Notes: generated by a model not told the origin, from the letters alone. Shown: positions 26,001 through 39,432, counted from the whole stretch's first letter. The stretch: 60,201 nucleotides of DNA, filler included, from Sphacelaria rigidula (GCA_964200075.2; 9 parts of 9 records of this genome joined end to end with filler, not necessarily neighbours in it); one strand, 5' to 3'. Numbers and translations are program-made.

Positions 26001-26660
26001 TACTCATTTGTTACTTGCCTTAGTCGTTTGACCATTGGCTACGCATCTCTTGCGAGACAGAGCATCGTTTCTAGTCCTAATAGAGACACATCCAACCTTT
26101 GGGCGCTCATTATGTTTCTTCAATACACTAGACAAGAACCTTTTGCATGTCTTATCCCCTTCCTGATCCGCCGTCTGTGACCACCATCCGTCTCCTAGTA
26201 TAGAGAACGTTTTTTCGCTACTGTATAATGTATTAAACGATTTCATGCCACCTCCGTTTACTTCCCACATTTCCCTCTCGAACACGTCCTATTCCTCCTT
26301 GTAAGCTCACATTCTGCCACGAGATGATTTCTGCTCTCTATTGCTTTGCCACCGAGATAATGCTGTGCGTCTGCTTCGTCCTCCACTTGACTACTGGTAT
26401 ACCTCTTTCTTCTTTCTAGCAGATCGAGGTCTTCCACCCGAGATCGCAGTTTCCAAAATTTCGCGGAGTCCTTTGGGTCATGAAGACATGTTTTTGCCTC
26501 TAGTCCCTCTTTCAACCCGCCGCACATCTTCAGATGTTCTTCATTTTGCGTCTTAGCGCTTCTTTTCCCCTTATTTCCATCATGTCTCGTACTTTCGTTT
26601 TGTACCCCCATCATTCACCAATGGACACCCGCTATCCCATCTTATTCCAGCCTTTCTTCC
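26001..26660 (-). mobile_element. 3' end of a non-LTR retrotransposon (same family as 35530-37965)
   Basis: KLRSRVEDLDLLERRKRYTSS, GKAIESRNHLVAECEL, ILGDGWWSQTA and the terminal QTTKASNK*. A ~40-bp terminal stub of the same family lies at 15769-15809. Confidence 0.8.
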
Positions 26661-26803
26661 AGGGGGGGGGGGGGTGTGGGTTTATCCACCCTATCCAATA
26701 CCCNNNNNNNNNNNNNNNNNNNNNNNNNNNNNNNNNNNNNNNNNNNNTTAATTAATTAANNNNNNNNNNNNNNNNNNNNNNNNNNNNNNNNNNNNNNNNN
26801 NNN

Positions 26804-28700
26804 CTAAAACCCCCTATCAACTTGGCGCAGTACACGCGCCGCCCTGCTCCTGAGAGCTTCGGCCCTAGGGGCGGGGCCAGCTCCTGCACCGGCGATGGAG
26901 GCGCCGCAGGCAGGAGCTCCGTTGCTCGCTACCGACCAGGAGGCCTGCACCGCCCGTGCGGGTGGGACAGAATCGATCGGGGGCGCTGGTGACGATGAAT
27001 GCGAAGTGGTGAATGCACCAATGCGGTTGTCGTTGCAATCGCCGACGTCGTTCACGACTCCACCACCAATGTGTAGCGGGTTCATACCGCAGTTGGAGTA
27101 TCCCATGGGCATGAATTGGCCGTTTGGCTTGGTAACCGCTTGTGAACCTTAGGAAGTGCTCGTTCGTGAAGGGTTTATGGTGTTGTTCGCCATTCAAGGA
27201 ACACAAACGACGGTGGAGTGCACGCTGACTGTTGCATGCGACGGAGAGACCTGCACTCCATGCCAAAGGCTCAAGGACAACACGGTTCTCAAAGGTGAGG
27301 TGCAACAACGCCGTGCAGGTCTTGTGCGCGTGCGTGTGTTTTTGGTTGTATCTCCGCGGTCGAATGTCGTGCGATGTTTCTACCACGCGTAGCTCCGATT
27401 CTAATCTCTGTCTTTTTGCGTCCTCAGAAATTCGCTTCGCTCGTCATCCATCTGCTTGGCCAAAAGGTGGTAGCTTGGCTGTCGTCCTTCACACGCCTGT
27501 TATGTCATTACCATATTTTTTCTGTTTTTTATTTTTCTTCAGCGAGCGTTTTCATGCTTGTTTTTTCTGGGATACGTCTATCATGTAACCACGGCTAGAT
27601 CCCTCAGGGGTGGGTTGAAGTTCGACAATCAGTAAAAAGAAAACAAGTATGTACAATACATCAGGTTGAGCGATGATCCGTCCACATATTTGAACACGCT
27701 CGGCGCCGTTACATTTCGAAGGACGAGGTGCGTTAGTTTTGATGTCTGGGAGGTGCCCTGATGGGTCTTTATACCACTGAACAAGAGGGTTCGCAGTCGT
27801 TATCACTGCTTGTCGCATCGTTCGCCTTGCCTGAACCGCCTAAGGGTTTGTTTTCGCCGCATTGCCAAGGTACATGTCGTACTCCAAATAAGCAAGGGGT
27901 TTGGCTATGGTGGTTGCTGAATGTGAGTGGCCATATCTTGCGTGCCATCTCATCGGCGTTGCAACCTTTTTTTCCTGCCATCGCAGACTCTGTAGGTAAG
28001 CACTGTAGGCGACTTCTGCGGTGGCTCGGGATGCCGTACCACAATCAACGATCTACCCGGCAAGGCTGCGCCTCTCATGCACTCGACCTGTCCACACGCT
28101 CCTCGGAGGGACGCACGCCATGCAGCCGTCGCTCTTACTCTGAAACGTACAAGTGCAGGTTCGGATACTTCACCGTGCATCAACATCGTCGTGAAGTGCA
28201 CATTATACGCTCACGATACGTACATATGGAAGTACGGCATGGCCGATCACGTCGCTGAATGCCACAACGGGGACACACTCGTTGAAGACGGCACGAGAAT
28301 CGCAGAGACGTTCACGGAGGTCACTGCTGTCTGGGAGAGCGAAAAGGCCAAGGTGCTCAAGAAGTTCAAAGGTGGGCAGCTTCGTGTTCGTGAGAACGAC
28401 GATGCTTTCCCCACGGGCGCACGTCGGGGCGTGCCAGGGAACGGCGCGCCGGGACGTAGTGTGCCGGGTTCCCGGTCCTCAGAAGATGAGAGGAAGACGA
28501 AGATGAGGACGAGGGCGACGATGAGAATGAGGATGAGGATGAGGATGACGGAGAGGATGAGGATGACGAAGAGGACGAGGATGACGAAGAGGACGAGGAT
28601 GAGGATGAGAATGAGGACGGAGATGAAGACAAGAAGGCGGAGGGACGAGGGGGACGAGGGGGACGAGGGGGAGAAGCAGAGGGATGTACTCATGATCATG
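26804..28700 (+). pseudogene. Degenerate Cys/His-rich transposon-like ORF remnant with acidic low-complexity tail
   Basis: Interrupted reading frames CSGFIPQLEYPMGMNWPFG...CTPCQRL, LNVSGHILR, GDFCGGSGCRTTI...STCPH, SPCINIVVKCTLY...IWKYGMADHVAECH, then a GAT/GAG-rich tract at 28480-28675. Confidence 0.5.
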
Positions 28701-30189
28701 CATGCCATAGTCATAAGACCATTGACCTCGGAGAAGCAGAGGGGGGTAGCAAAAGGCGGCGGACAGGTAGTAACAGTAGCGAGACACCGGGTAGAAGCGT
28801 GGAAAAACCCGTGCGCATGAGTAAGCGGGGTAGACTGAGTCGGCTCAACGTTCGCCGCGTAGATCACTCACCATGATTACATTCATGGGGTCATATTCCG
28901 GGTGGTGTGCCTCGACTACCTACCCCTAGTCCGGGCAAATTTGGCGAGGCGTGATATAATGTTGCTACTTCGGCTACAGGCTGTTGCTACCGTGCGCTCG
29001 TGTATCATACATGGGTGTGTGTGAGCTTTGCCGGCATCCGAGGTCATCGGGACAGGGCGGGCAAGGAGCAGGAACAAATAATATACGAAGCTCTCAAAGA
29101 CCGCCAGACTTTTTGGGTTTTGTCAGTGTTTGTCGATCAATTTATTTCAACAATATCAACAAAGCAAATTAAAAAAATCATGACAATTTTTGAAATAAAT
29201 CGCTCTGCTTCGCATCACACTTCCAATTTTCCTATCCTTTCTCACATTGGAATGGAATGGAAAAAGGACAGGAGAGACAGACGCCCTCAACGAAGAAAAG
29301 CAAGAACGGCATACAAGCAGAAGAAGGCACGGAAATAAAGTAAGGGCCGTAGATTGACGATGGCAATTCTTTCGCGCATCGCACTACGCAAATTCCAGAC
29401 ATTATCGTTCTAGCCCGAGTGACGTCCTTCCACGTGCGCAAGGGTGCGTAGGAAGGCGGAGCTGAGACCGGAGTCGTCGCTCGGCAAGTTCCCGCTAGGT
29501 TCTCTCGATCTATCCCTGGCCACTACTTGTAGATCTGCCTTGACGTACACGTACAACACATGTCTCCCGGGATGCCAGTGGGCATTGAACGAGGCAAACG
29601 CGCTAATACGGTGGCGTATAGTTAAAAGAAGTAAATGAGTAGGAAAATGAATATGCACACAATTCGCAACCCCCCCCCCCCCACCACAACAACCATACTA
29701 CAAGCAACAAAACAANNNNNNNNNNAGAGGGCTAAAAGTGTGGCGAATAGAAAAAAAAAAAAAAAAAGAGAAGAAAAAAAAAATACCACACACCCCCCCC
29801 CCCCCCCCCCCCCCAAGAAAAATCTGTTTTGTAGCGCTACCAAAAGCTTCAAGTCCGCTGTGGACACTATTATATTCATATCACCACAACACATACGTAG
29901 GTTGGATAGATCAAATAAAACTTGAAAAGTGTAGCTTTCGTCAGGTGCCGGTTGCGTAGGCAGAAAGCAAACACAAGTTGCGGTAGCGCACGTCGAAAAC
30001 GAGCGCTACGTTTTCAGGAGGGAATAATTTTTCGAACCCATTTTTCTGCATCAAATCTTAAAAACCAATTAAAAAAAATCGCCATGAATCAGGCGGTTCG
30101 AACGATCCATTTAGATTTTGAAACAGCGTCCGCAATCTCGGAAAATGAATGTTTGAAGAGGGGCACCTCGGGTAAACGAGCACTTGATT

Positions 30190-32062
30190 TGGCCCAAGGG
30201 TAATATGGACATTTAGGCATAACTTATTGCAATATATATATACACATATATTTCCGTTCCATTTTCTCCTGCGTGACACTCTTATCCATATGATTCTTTT
30301 AAGCCGTCGGTTCCTATAGTCCAATCAAAATTGACGATTCTACACGAAAGTATTCGTTCAAAGTTTACCCCGAGCCAGCCCAATCGTAACGTCCAAAATC
30401 ATGAACATCAAGGCATAATTCATTACGAAAACAGTTTTTTTTCCGTTTGTTTTTCTCCTGCGTGGCACCCTCATCCGTAAGGTTTTTTCAAGCCATCATT
30501 TATTATATTCTGATCAAACTTGACGATTCCACAGTAAAATGTTCGTTCAAACGTTTACCCCGAGCCTGCCCAACGGTAACGTCCAAAATCGTGGATATTA
30601 AGGCATAACTCATTACGAAAATGTTTTGTTTCCATTTTTTCTCTTCCGCGTGAAATCCTCATTGATACGGTTTCCTCAAGCTATCGGTTGTTATAATCCA
30701 ACCAAAATTGACGGTTCTTCGGTAAACTATTCGTTCGACATTTTACCCCGAACCAGGCCAAGGGTGACGTCCGAAATCATGGATAATGCGGCATAAATCA
30801 GTACGAAAATCTCCTTTCCCATTTTTGTTTCCTTCTGCGTGACACCCTCATTTATTCGATTGCTGACACTTTCTACGATAGCCCCCCTAAAAAACCAGCC
30901 AAAAAATGTCGCGAAAAAAATTATCATACAGCGCCTGATGTTTGGGTTCAGGCTGCACGAAGCGCCTTATATTGGTAGTATTGGCGAGAACGAACCCAAG
31001 CGTGATCATTCTTAGCTGCTCGTTGTGCTCGGCTTTTCCCATTCTACTTACGAGAAGATTTTGCTGCCAAAACCATGCACTTTTGGGGGGGGGGCTATCG
31101 TAGAAAGTGTCTCTTTTAAGCCATCGGTTATTATATTCCAATCAAAATTGATCATTCCACAGGAAAATATTCGTTCAAACGTTTACCCCGGGCCAGTCCA
31201 AGGGAAACGTCCAAAATCATGGATATTACGGCATAACTCATGAAGATATTTTTTGTCCCCTTTTGAGTTTCTTCTGCGTGAGACCCTTATCCCTACGGTT
31301 CTTTCAAGCCATCGGTTGATATATTTCGATCAAAATTGATCATTCTACAGTAAAATATTCGTTCAAACGCTTACCCCGAGCCAGGCCAAGGGTGACGTCC
31401 AAAATCATGGATATTAAGACATATCTCGTTTCGAAAATATTTTTTCCCGTTTGTTTCTTCCTGCGTGATACCCTCACTCATGCCATTCTTTTAAGCCATC
31501 GTTTGTTATACTCCAATCAAAATTGACGATTATATAATGAAATATTTGTTCAGACTCTTTCCCCGAGCAAGCCCAGAGGTAACGTCCAAAATCATGGATA
31601 TTAAGGCATATCTCGTTGCGATTTTTTTTTTTTTTTCGTTTGGTTTTATCTACGTGACACCTATATTGATGCGGTTCCTTGAAGTCATCGTTTTTTATTT
31701 TCCAATCAAAATGAACAATTTTACAGTAAATTGTTCGTTCAGACTCTTACCACGAGCAAGCCCGAGGGTGACGTCCAAAATCATGGATATTAAGACATAT
31801 CTCGTTACGAAAATGTTTTTTCCCCGTTTTTTCTATCCAGCGGGGTACCCTTATCCACACCATTCTTATTATCCATCGTTTGTTATATTTCAATCAAAAT
31901 TAACGATTATACAATGAAATATTTGTTCAGACTCTTACCCCGAGCAAGCCCAAGGGTAACGTCCAAAATCGTGGATATTACGGCATCACTCATTACAAAA
32001 ATATTTTTCCCGTTTTGTTTTTCTCCTGCGTGACACACTCATTGATGCGGTTCTTTTAAGCT
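30190..32062. repeat. Satellite array, ~188-bp monomer, about 9 units, interrupted by a MITE
   Basis: Anchor cgtcc(a/g)aaatc at 30390, 30580, 30768, 31208, 31396, 31583, 31772 and 31960. Spacing is 187-190 bp, except 440 bp across the insertion. Confidence 0.92.
30865..31111. mobile_element. MITE (247 bp), TIR GACACTTTCTACGATAGCCCCCC, inserted in the satellite
   Basis: Perfect terminal inverted repeats; same family as 43705-43953 and 46708-46803. Confidence 0.9.
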
Positions 32063-33330
32063 ACAGGACGTTTCAGTCGCCCATAAAACAGAGATTCGAC
32101 GTCGAGCCTGCACTAACTATACGCCACCGTAATAGTGCCGCACCCCGTAGTACAATCGTACTTGAGCCATGTCCCCTGCAAACGGAACTGCGTGACGTAG
32201 TGGGCGCCCACCCAGATGAGTTACATAACCGAGATCAAGGAGTACTCTACGCTTAAAGAGAGAGTCTCGGACGCATCGGGGGTAACGCCAACGACTGCGT
32301 CGACGGCAGCAGCACTCGACAAAATAAATAGGCGGTCGGGAGCGTTGATAGCCGAGAAAGGCAGGAAATTTCAAAATCACACGTCCGATGAGATGATCCC
32401 GCATGAAAGACGAACTCCCGCCCCGGGGTAAAAAGACAAGGCAAGTACCTCCCAGAAATAAATCCATCACGGCGGCCTGCAGAGTTCTACTATTTCCGTG
32501 AAGAACCATGAAGATAGCTGGGTCACGCAATGCCGCAGATTGCTCGGGCTTTATCGTCCGCAGGCTGTGGTCGTCTACGGAGCAAGTAACGTGGCGCCTC
32601 CACGAGATCCCTACATATTCTATCGTAGACAAAACCAGTTGGAGGTTGCTGGCGCGTGTCCGGCCAGTTCGCTGGCACGTGAGGCTTACGTTTTTGGCAA
32701 ATGGCTTCGAACACTCTCGCCGTGTCGCCTATTTGATCACAGCTTCCGGGTAAACCCCCGTCTGAGACGACGAAGTCGCGCGCTTCCGCCAGCTTCACCT
32801 GGTGAAGGTTAGTTGGCGTTTGGGAGAGTTAGACTATGAAAGAGAGCTACGTAGCCGAATTAATCCCAGGGTGGTTGGATCCAGGAAGTGCGATTTAGTG
32901 AAAAATCTACCCGGCCAGTCAGAAACGAAGGATTCGTCCGGTCGGTCAGAATAGAAGCGCAGAATTGCAGAAGGCCATCTGCAGAAGGCCTTCGGTGCAC
33001 CTTTCCTAGCTCCGTTGCCTCTTTAGGGCCAGGCACCTTTGATCCATCGACTCTTTGGGGCTCTGAGGGCGTGGCTTAGAACTTTTTTTTCGATCGAAAA
33101 ATTGCGGTCGATTTTTTTTTGCCGATCTTATAGGCCCACCGCATTCATGTTCCTTGGAGGATTCAACTCAAAATAAGCGGCGCGCGGAGAAGAATGCGAC
33201 GAGGTATAAAACAATCGTTTGAGATTGAAAACATGCGGTCGAAAGGCACGAAGAGGCACTTGACTCCTATTTTACAAATAGGCCTCTACATGTAATGCTA
33301 GGAAGGTCTTTTTTCATGCTAGTAATATTG

Positions 33331-33403
33331 AGCCGGTCGCCCCGGTGGCTCAGTTGGTACCCTCGTAACCTTCTGGTGGTTGAGTTGTGGGGTTCGATTC
33401 TCG
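33331..33403 (+). mobile_element. tRNA-derived SINE 5' head (truncated by contig end)
   Basis: A-box GGTGGCTCAGTTGG and B-box GGTTCGATTC; same head as the copies at 23660-23948 and 33504-33650. Confidence 0.75.
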
Positions 33404-33503
33404 NNNNNNNNNNNNNNNNNNNNNNNNNNNNNNNNNNNNNNNNNNNNTTAATTAATTAANNNNNNNNNNNNNNNNNNNNNNNNNNNNNNNNNNNNNNNNN
33501 NNN

Positions 33504-33650
33504 CTCGTCGACTGTGAAGTCGAATTTTGTGTACCCACGACATAGTCGCTCTCCACTGTTGGACATGGTAGAATAAAAATTCCCAGATCACTCCAACTCA
33601 ATCATCGGAAGGTTACGAGGTTACCAACTGAGCCACCGGGGCGACCGGCT
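33504..33650 (-). mobile_element. tRNA-derived SINE copy lacking the B-box region
   Basis: Reverse complement begins agccggtcgccccggtggctcagttggtaacctcg and continues into the body shared with 23780-23835. Confidence 0.75.
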
Positions 33651-34029
33651 AGTAGGACGTAGATTTCTTGAGATCTTGGAGGGTAGAAGCTAGAGCAAAG
33701 TGTGAGGGAATCGTTGACCAAGCTTTCGGCAGCGAAGGTCTACTTGAGAGCACTAGTGGAGTAGCGACTAATGGTGAACCGTATCCGCAGCGGGAGGAAG
33801 AAGTGATGTACGGGACATCCCGATTCGTGAGTAAGACCTTGTGTTATGCATGCCGCCCCTTGAACCTTATACGGTAAAAATGACCCCCCTGGAGGAAAGT
33901 AACCAGTACAGCAGCGGGGCAAGAAGATAGAAGATACGATCGTGGGACACCTGGATGGTTACCATGCAGATCGCCTGGGACAAACGCGGGGTACTTGTGC
34001 CAAGGGTGTTGAACTTGGCTTCAGGCTAC

Positions 34030-34740
34030 GAGCCCGTGTTGGAGTCATTATTCAGTGCCGGTGAGCCAGCAAAATGATTGAAAAACACGAGAGATCCAAC
34101 AAGCACTAGAACTGGGATATCCCAGTACATTCACTGCATCCCACCGCAGTATTCGAAACAAACATGCTCGAAATACCATCGGATGAGATCGAGAGAGAGG
34201 GACCGTAAAACAGCCGATTCTCAAAAATGGGGTCAAACACAAAATTGAGGCTCAAATGGCATAACCAACTTTCAGGAATGGTGCGAGCCAGTGACATAAA
34301 GGGAAAGCACCTTCCTCCCAAAAGACCTGCAGTAGTTATTGAGCAGGTGTGGCTGGGCGCATCGAACGAATGCGGTGTACACGCGTGTCGATGACGATAT
34401 CGCCAGAGAGAGGAGCAACGGCGGAGAGAAAAATCCTCGCCGATGTCCTTTGTGTGTCCTCGTTCGGCGATTCCCAATCGTTCGAGAGATTGACATCATG
34501 TGACCATTACATACCCACGTTGCCATGCGTCGTCGGCAGGCGGGTTATTGTAGCACAGCCCCGGAAACAAGATCGGGATGCCCACGGTTGTAGTCTCCTG
34601 CCTGTGGCGCTGACCAATGCAAAGATCGATTCCTCTCTGCCTCTCTGCTTGGACAGGGCGTGCCTCTGTGCGCAGTAGAACACGTTGTCGAAAAGCAGGG
34701 CGATGTTCCCGTCACCGCTTCTCTTCTCACACACACACAT
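34030..34740 (+). mobile_element. Possible highly decayed Copia integrase remnant
   Basis: ISPERGATAERKI resembles SPxxNGxAER, and SPGNK in another frame resembles PGNK at 18785. Otherwise unrecognisable. Confidence 0.3.
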
Positions 34741-35529
34741 GCGAGCAAGGACGGTTTCGCCGTTTCGTCAAGATCTCATGATTGCAAGCTGGGGGGTGTT
34801 ATTGTAATCGTAGATTCCACCCGACGTCTGGAAAACAAGGAAAACAGACAGTTTGCCACATCCCAGTTGGGGGATGTATATGAGAGTTCAAACACTCGTG
34901 TAGACCTTCTTGGCATGCGGAGAGAAAAAAGGTACCTCTGGCGGTGACTTCACTCTTGCTGGCGCGACCCATATGGGGGCTGGCATACTGTACTCTGAGT
35001 TTTTCTGCGTACAAGCAGTCGCGTGCTCAGCAGGGTGTCTGTGTCGATGTCTGTCCCAAAACCTTGTCATTCGAGGAGAGTCATCCTGAGCTGAGGCGAG
35101 AGATGGTTAGGAACAAGGGTGTTCTATGATTACCCACCTGTCATTGCATTCGTGACCCACGCCGTTAAGCGCTGACCAGGAAGAGCTTACCTGAAAATAG
35201 CTTTCGAGCGACGTACAGACAATAGTGGGCAGTACGTCAAGCCCGGATGATTACTGAAATTTCGTTGCTGCATGTACTCACTTCCTTTAGCAATTCGATT
35301 GTACACGCCTTGTAAGGGAGAAGGGTTCTCATATCAGAACCCTCATCCGTTAAATTTCAACGGTTCTCGCATGGATCCGTTCATCTTCGATTTTTTTTCT
35401 AGATAATGATTTATGAGGAAATTTCATTAGAAGCACACTCTCGGGGCCCGACAATGTTTCTTGAAGCTTGCATAAACTGTAGCATCGTTTTTTTATACCT
35501 GGCGGGAGGTGGAAAATGCGCATTCTCGT

Positions 35530-37965
35530 AGCTTGATTGTAGAGAGGAAAACTAATGGAATTTGATGTAGCTAATTGAACAAACGAAAACTTCGATGACG
35601 TGATGAAAAAAATGTGGGTAGGTGTAAAAGGGATAATGGGAAAATGGACAAGAGAAAGGAACTAGGGACCAGTTACAATATGAGCACATAGCGGTAGAAT
35701 AGTCAGCGGTTCGAAGGGGAAGAGAGAAGTGCTGACAGAGCACTACAGAAAACTAGAGACACCAACAAGCAGCGAGAAGTTCGACGCCGAATTCGAGAAA
35801 TGAATCAACGCGTGGGAAGAGGCAGATGTAGAGACGTCGAAACAGGAGACTAGTGGCTCGAAATTGTTGCAGAGAGAGCTTACCAGAGATGAAGTAAAGG
35901 AGTGCGTAGCTCACCTCAAAAACATAAAGGCAGCAGGGGTAGACGAAATAGTGGATGGTCTGAATGAATTTCTCAAGTGCGGCGGGGAGGAAATGATTAC
36001 CATGATGGGTATGCTGTATGATTGAATATGGCAAAAATGATTACACAGCCAAGAGATGGAGAGAAGGAGTTGTAGTAAACCTTCAAAAGGAAGGGAACAA
36101 GGCTGACCCAGGAAATTGTAGAGGGACAACGCTACTGAGCACCGTAAGGAACACATTCTGTGAGATTCTGAATGATAAAATGGGGACGATGCTGGAGAGG
36201 ACATAAAGCTCAGCGAGGGGCAAGCAGGTTTTAGACCAAAACGCAGTTGCGCAGACCACGTGTACCCATTAAGTAAGATTACTCAAGATAGGAAAGACGC
36301 CGGGCCAACAACGTACTGTTTTTTTCTAGACGTACAGAAGGCCTATGGCACCGTCGGGAGAAATGGGCTGTGGAAAAAGATGTGGGAAAATGAAGTCAGG
36401 GGAAACATGTGGAGAACGGTGAAGAAGATATTAGAATATGCGAGAAGTTATATGATACTAGACGGGGAAATATCGATATCTCTTTGGTATTTATAAGGAG
36501 TTGCACATGGATGTACGTGATCACCCTTTATTCAAGGTATTGATTAATGACCTCATGATAGCAATAGACGCAGCAAAGCAAGGCGTCAAGGTGGAGGGAG
36601 ATACAGCATCGAGATTGATATTTCGCGGATGATTTCGTGGGGGTATTAGAAACACCAGGAGGATTGCAGAGGCAAAGGAAGAAGGCGCTATAATACACGA
36701 AGAAATGAAGAATGACAGCGAACGCAAACAAATGCGCGGTGATATATGTAACGAAGATAAGAAAAACCCGGTAGAGTTTGAATGGAAGGGGGCAAAAGAG
36801 TAACTACCGATATTGGATCAGTATACATACCTTGGCGTAAAGATATAAAAAACTGTTCTTGGGATACACATATAAAGAAGGCAATAAACAAGGATAAGGC
36901 GTCGATAGGCAAGATGGACGTGATCCTAAGAGACCCGCACCTATATATACAGGGTTCACGTATGTATCCTGATGAACGTGATTGTACCAAAGCTGGAATA
37001 TGCAGGAGAAGTGTGGGAGGGGAACACGAAGCTGGTAAAGAAGCTGGAAATAGTACAGATGACAGCAGCTATGAAGAAAATTGGATGCTCAGAAACGCCG
37101 AATAATACAGCATCGAGAGGAGAGTTAGGAATGAACCCACTTGAAACAGAGAGGGACATGAGAAAACTGAAATGGTAATATACCGTGAGGAGCATGCAAA
37201 GAACGAGATTGCCAGTCACAGGTGAAATAGTTGTACGAAAAAAAACGACGAAAGGGCAGGCTTGCATAAGGTGGAATAGCTTAGTGGAGAAAGTATGGAA
37301 GGACATAGGAGGAACCCACGACGAGATGTTGTCCATACGCAAATCCGGAGGATGCAAAACAAAAGTAGAGACTTGATAAATATAAGGGGAAATTGGCGCT
37401 GAGACGAAGTTTAGACGAGGAAGAGCACTTGAAGATATACGGGTGATTGAAAGAGGGGATAGGGATGAAATCATATCTGCACGGCCCAACGGACTTCGGA
37501 AAAAATTGAAACTGCGATTTGGGGTGGGGGACCTGGACCTGTCAGAGAAGAAATACGTACACCACAAGTCGAGTGGAGAAGAAAGTAGATGCACAGAGTT
37601 GCCCCTGTGGCAAAGCCATAGAGAACAGAACATATACAGTGGCAGAATGTGAACTATACAAGGAGGAACGGGAAGTGTTGGGGGGGGGGGGGGGGGGGCA
37701 GAATGTGGGAAGTAAACAAAGGTGACCGGAAATCATTTGATGCACTAGACAATAGGGAGGAAACGATGGCTACACTAGAAGACAAATGGTGGCCACAGAC
37801 GGCAAAATAGGAAGGGGATAGTATATGTAACAGGTTCTTGTGTGATGTATGGAAGAAACGTAATGAGCGCCCGAATATTGATGGTGTTTATATCAGGAGG
37901 AGGAACGGTGCTCCGCCTAGAAAGGGATGCGTGGTCAATAGTCAAACGACTCAGGCAAGCAACAT
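35530..37965 (+). mobile_element. Degenerate non-LTR retrotransposon (LINE), RT to 3' end
   Basis: KADPGNCRGTTLLS, EGQAGFRP, FFLDVQKAYGTVGRNGLWKK, GVAHGC...SP.LF, FADDFVG (catalytic YADD-like), YTYLG, LKLRFGVGDLDL and CPCGKAIENRTYTVAECELY; many stops and frameshifts. Confidence 0.92.
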
Positions 37966-39432
37966 ATGATTGCCCCTCCTCCCCCCGTCCTCGGGACGAG
38001 TTCGCAATCTGAATGGATCAAGCCGTCTCTATTTATACATACCAGGGTTCGGTGGCTTTCACCGCCACGCTCAGTGAATCGACAGTCAAGATTCATGAGC
38101 ACCGGTGATAATCATGTGGGTTGCCTACTAGCACATGGCACACTTTGAATAACAAGCCGTAGCTTCTCATCAGCTGAGCACGTGGTGCGTGACCTTGCAT
38201 AACTTTGCTCAGAGTCAGTGAGGAACGGCGATTTGTGTGAGACGAGTGCACAGCGCACGCACATAAACAGTCAGCGCCCGTTGAGATGATGCCGATCCAA
38301 CCAAGTATGACAAAGAAGTGGAACCGTTGCACCCGGCCATCATGGTGAACAAAACTCGCACGTACCGTAAGGTAGTAGCAGCAGCGGCAGCAGCAGCGGA
38401 AGCAGCAGCAGTGCAGGGATAGGAATAAAAGAAGCACCGTTGAGACGATGCGACATGCGCGCGAGGTCAAAACACGCTCGAGGGGTGCAAGCCCCGCCCT
38501 GAGAGGTAAACTGCGTTCAGCGGAGAGCGGTGACTCGGTTCACGATTCTGTCTCGTGTCGTCTGATTCTCGAATGAATATAATGCCGACTCAAGTTTCAA
38601 GTAAATGTAATTCCTCAAATGCAGAGCGGTCGAGATGGATGACGCAAGCCCCGACGGTCGAAGGGTCCACTGAGACGTGGATACAGGAAATTGATCGGAC
38701 GCATCGCCAAAGCCATAACGCCCCAACGCCACGCAGAGCACAGCGCCGAAAGCAAATTTATTTCAAACTCAAGCAGAAACAAAACTCACCCTAATGTCGA
38801 GTGAAACGCAAACGAACAGGTATCAGCGAAACAATTTCATTCTAAAATCGAGGAAAGACGAAATTCTGGCTTCCCAGTCGTGAAGCAAAATGGCACCTGT
38901 CTGTAGGGAAGACATTAGGCCGAAAAGGTGATGTGCATAATTGTTGTTATGTACATACTGTACACATTTTGGTAACCTTCCAATCAAATGCGGGTGCCTC
39001 TTGCTCCCGACACATGCATGTATGAATACATGCGAGCATAACTTGAAAATATTGTGTTTGCCTTAGTTCTGTTTGGCAAGAGATGACGCGGTGTGCGGGA
39101 GTGTTGGTCATGGTCTAATCTGCGAGACCAAAGTGTGAGGCGTGTACCGGGGGAGAGGTGGGTTGATCCCTACAGACCACCAGACCATTACACCATTACA
39201 CCATGGACTCGTCTCGAGGAATGCGACGGGTTGAAAGCGTGACTGAAACAAAAAAAAGTTACTCTCTGCCCGTGTTTATACAAATGCCTCCTTTTGCGCT
39301 GTTGCTTCTTCATATGGTGCAGCACAAGGATAACTAACAAAGGCGTAACTTGGCCTTTTTTTGTTACATATTTCGTATGCATCATTTTGGGCAACGGTGA
39401 TCTCTTCTCGCTCTGCTTCTCTCGCTCGACAG

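Noticed and set aside
28247..28867. Hydrophobic ILILIL ORF and RMRM ORF suggesting membrane or basic proteins
   Set aside because: Alternative-frame readings of a GAT/GAG low-complexity tract.
32117..33080. ORF fragments right of the satellite
   Set aside because: Probably decayed TE coding DNA, but no diagnostic motif was found.
33331..33650. Apparent large inverted repeat or tRNA gene spanning the gap
   Set aside because: The arms lie on different contigs. They are SINE copies, and no complete cloverleaf is visible.
38280..38372. Possible exon upstream of the lectin-like exon (DDADPTKYDKEVEPL...)
   Set aside because: In-frame TGA just upstream, ambiguous acceptor and no lectin-like motif.
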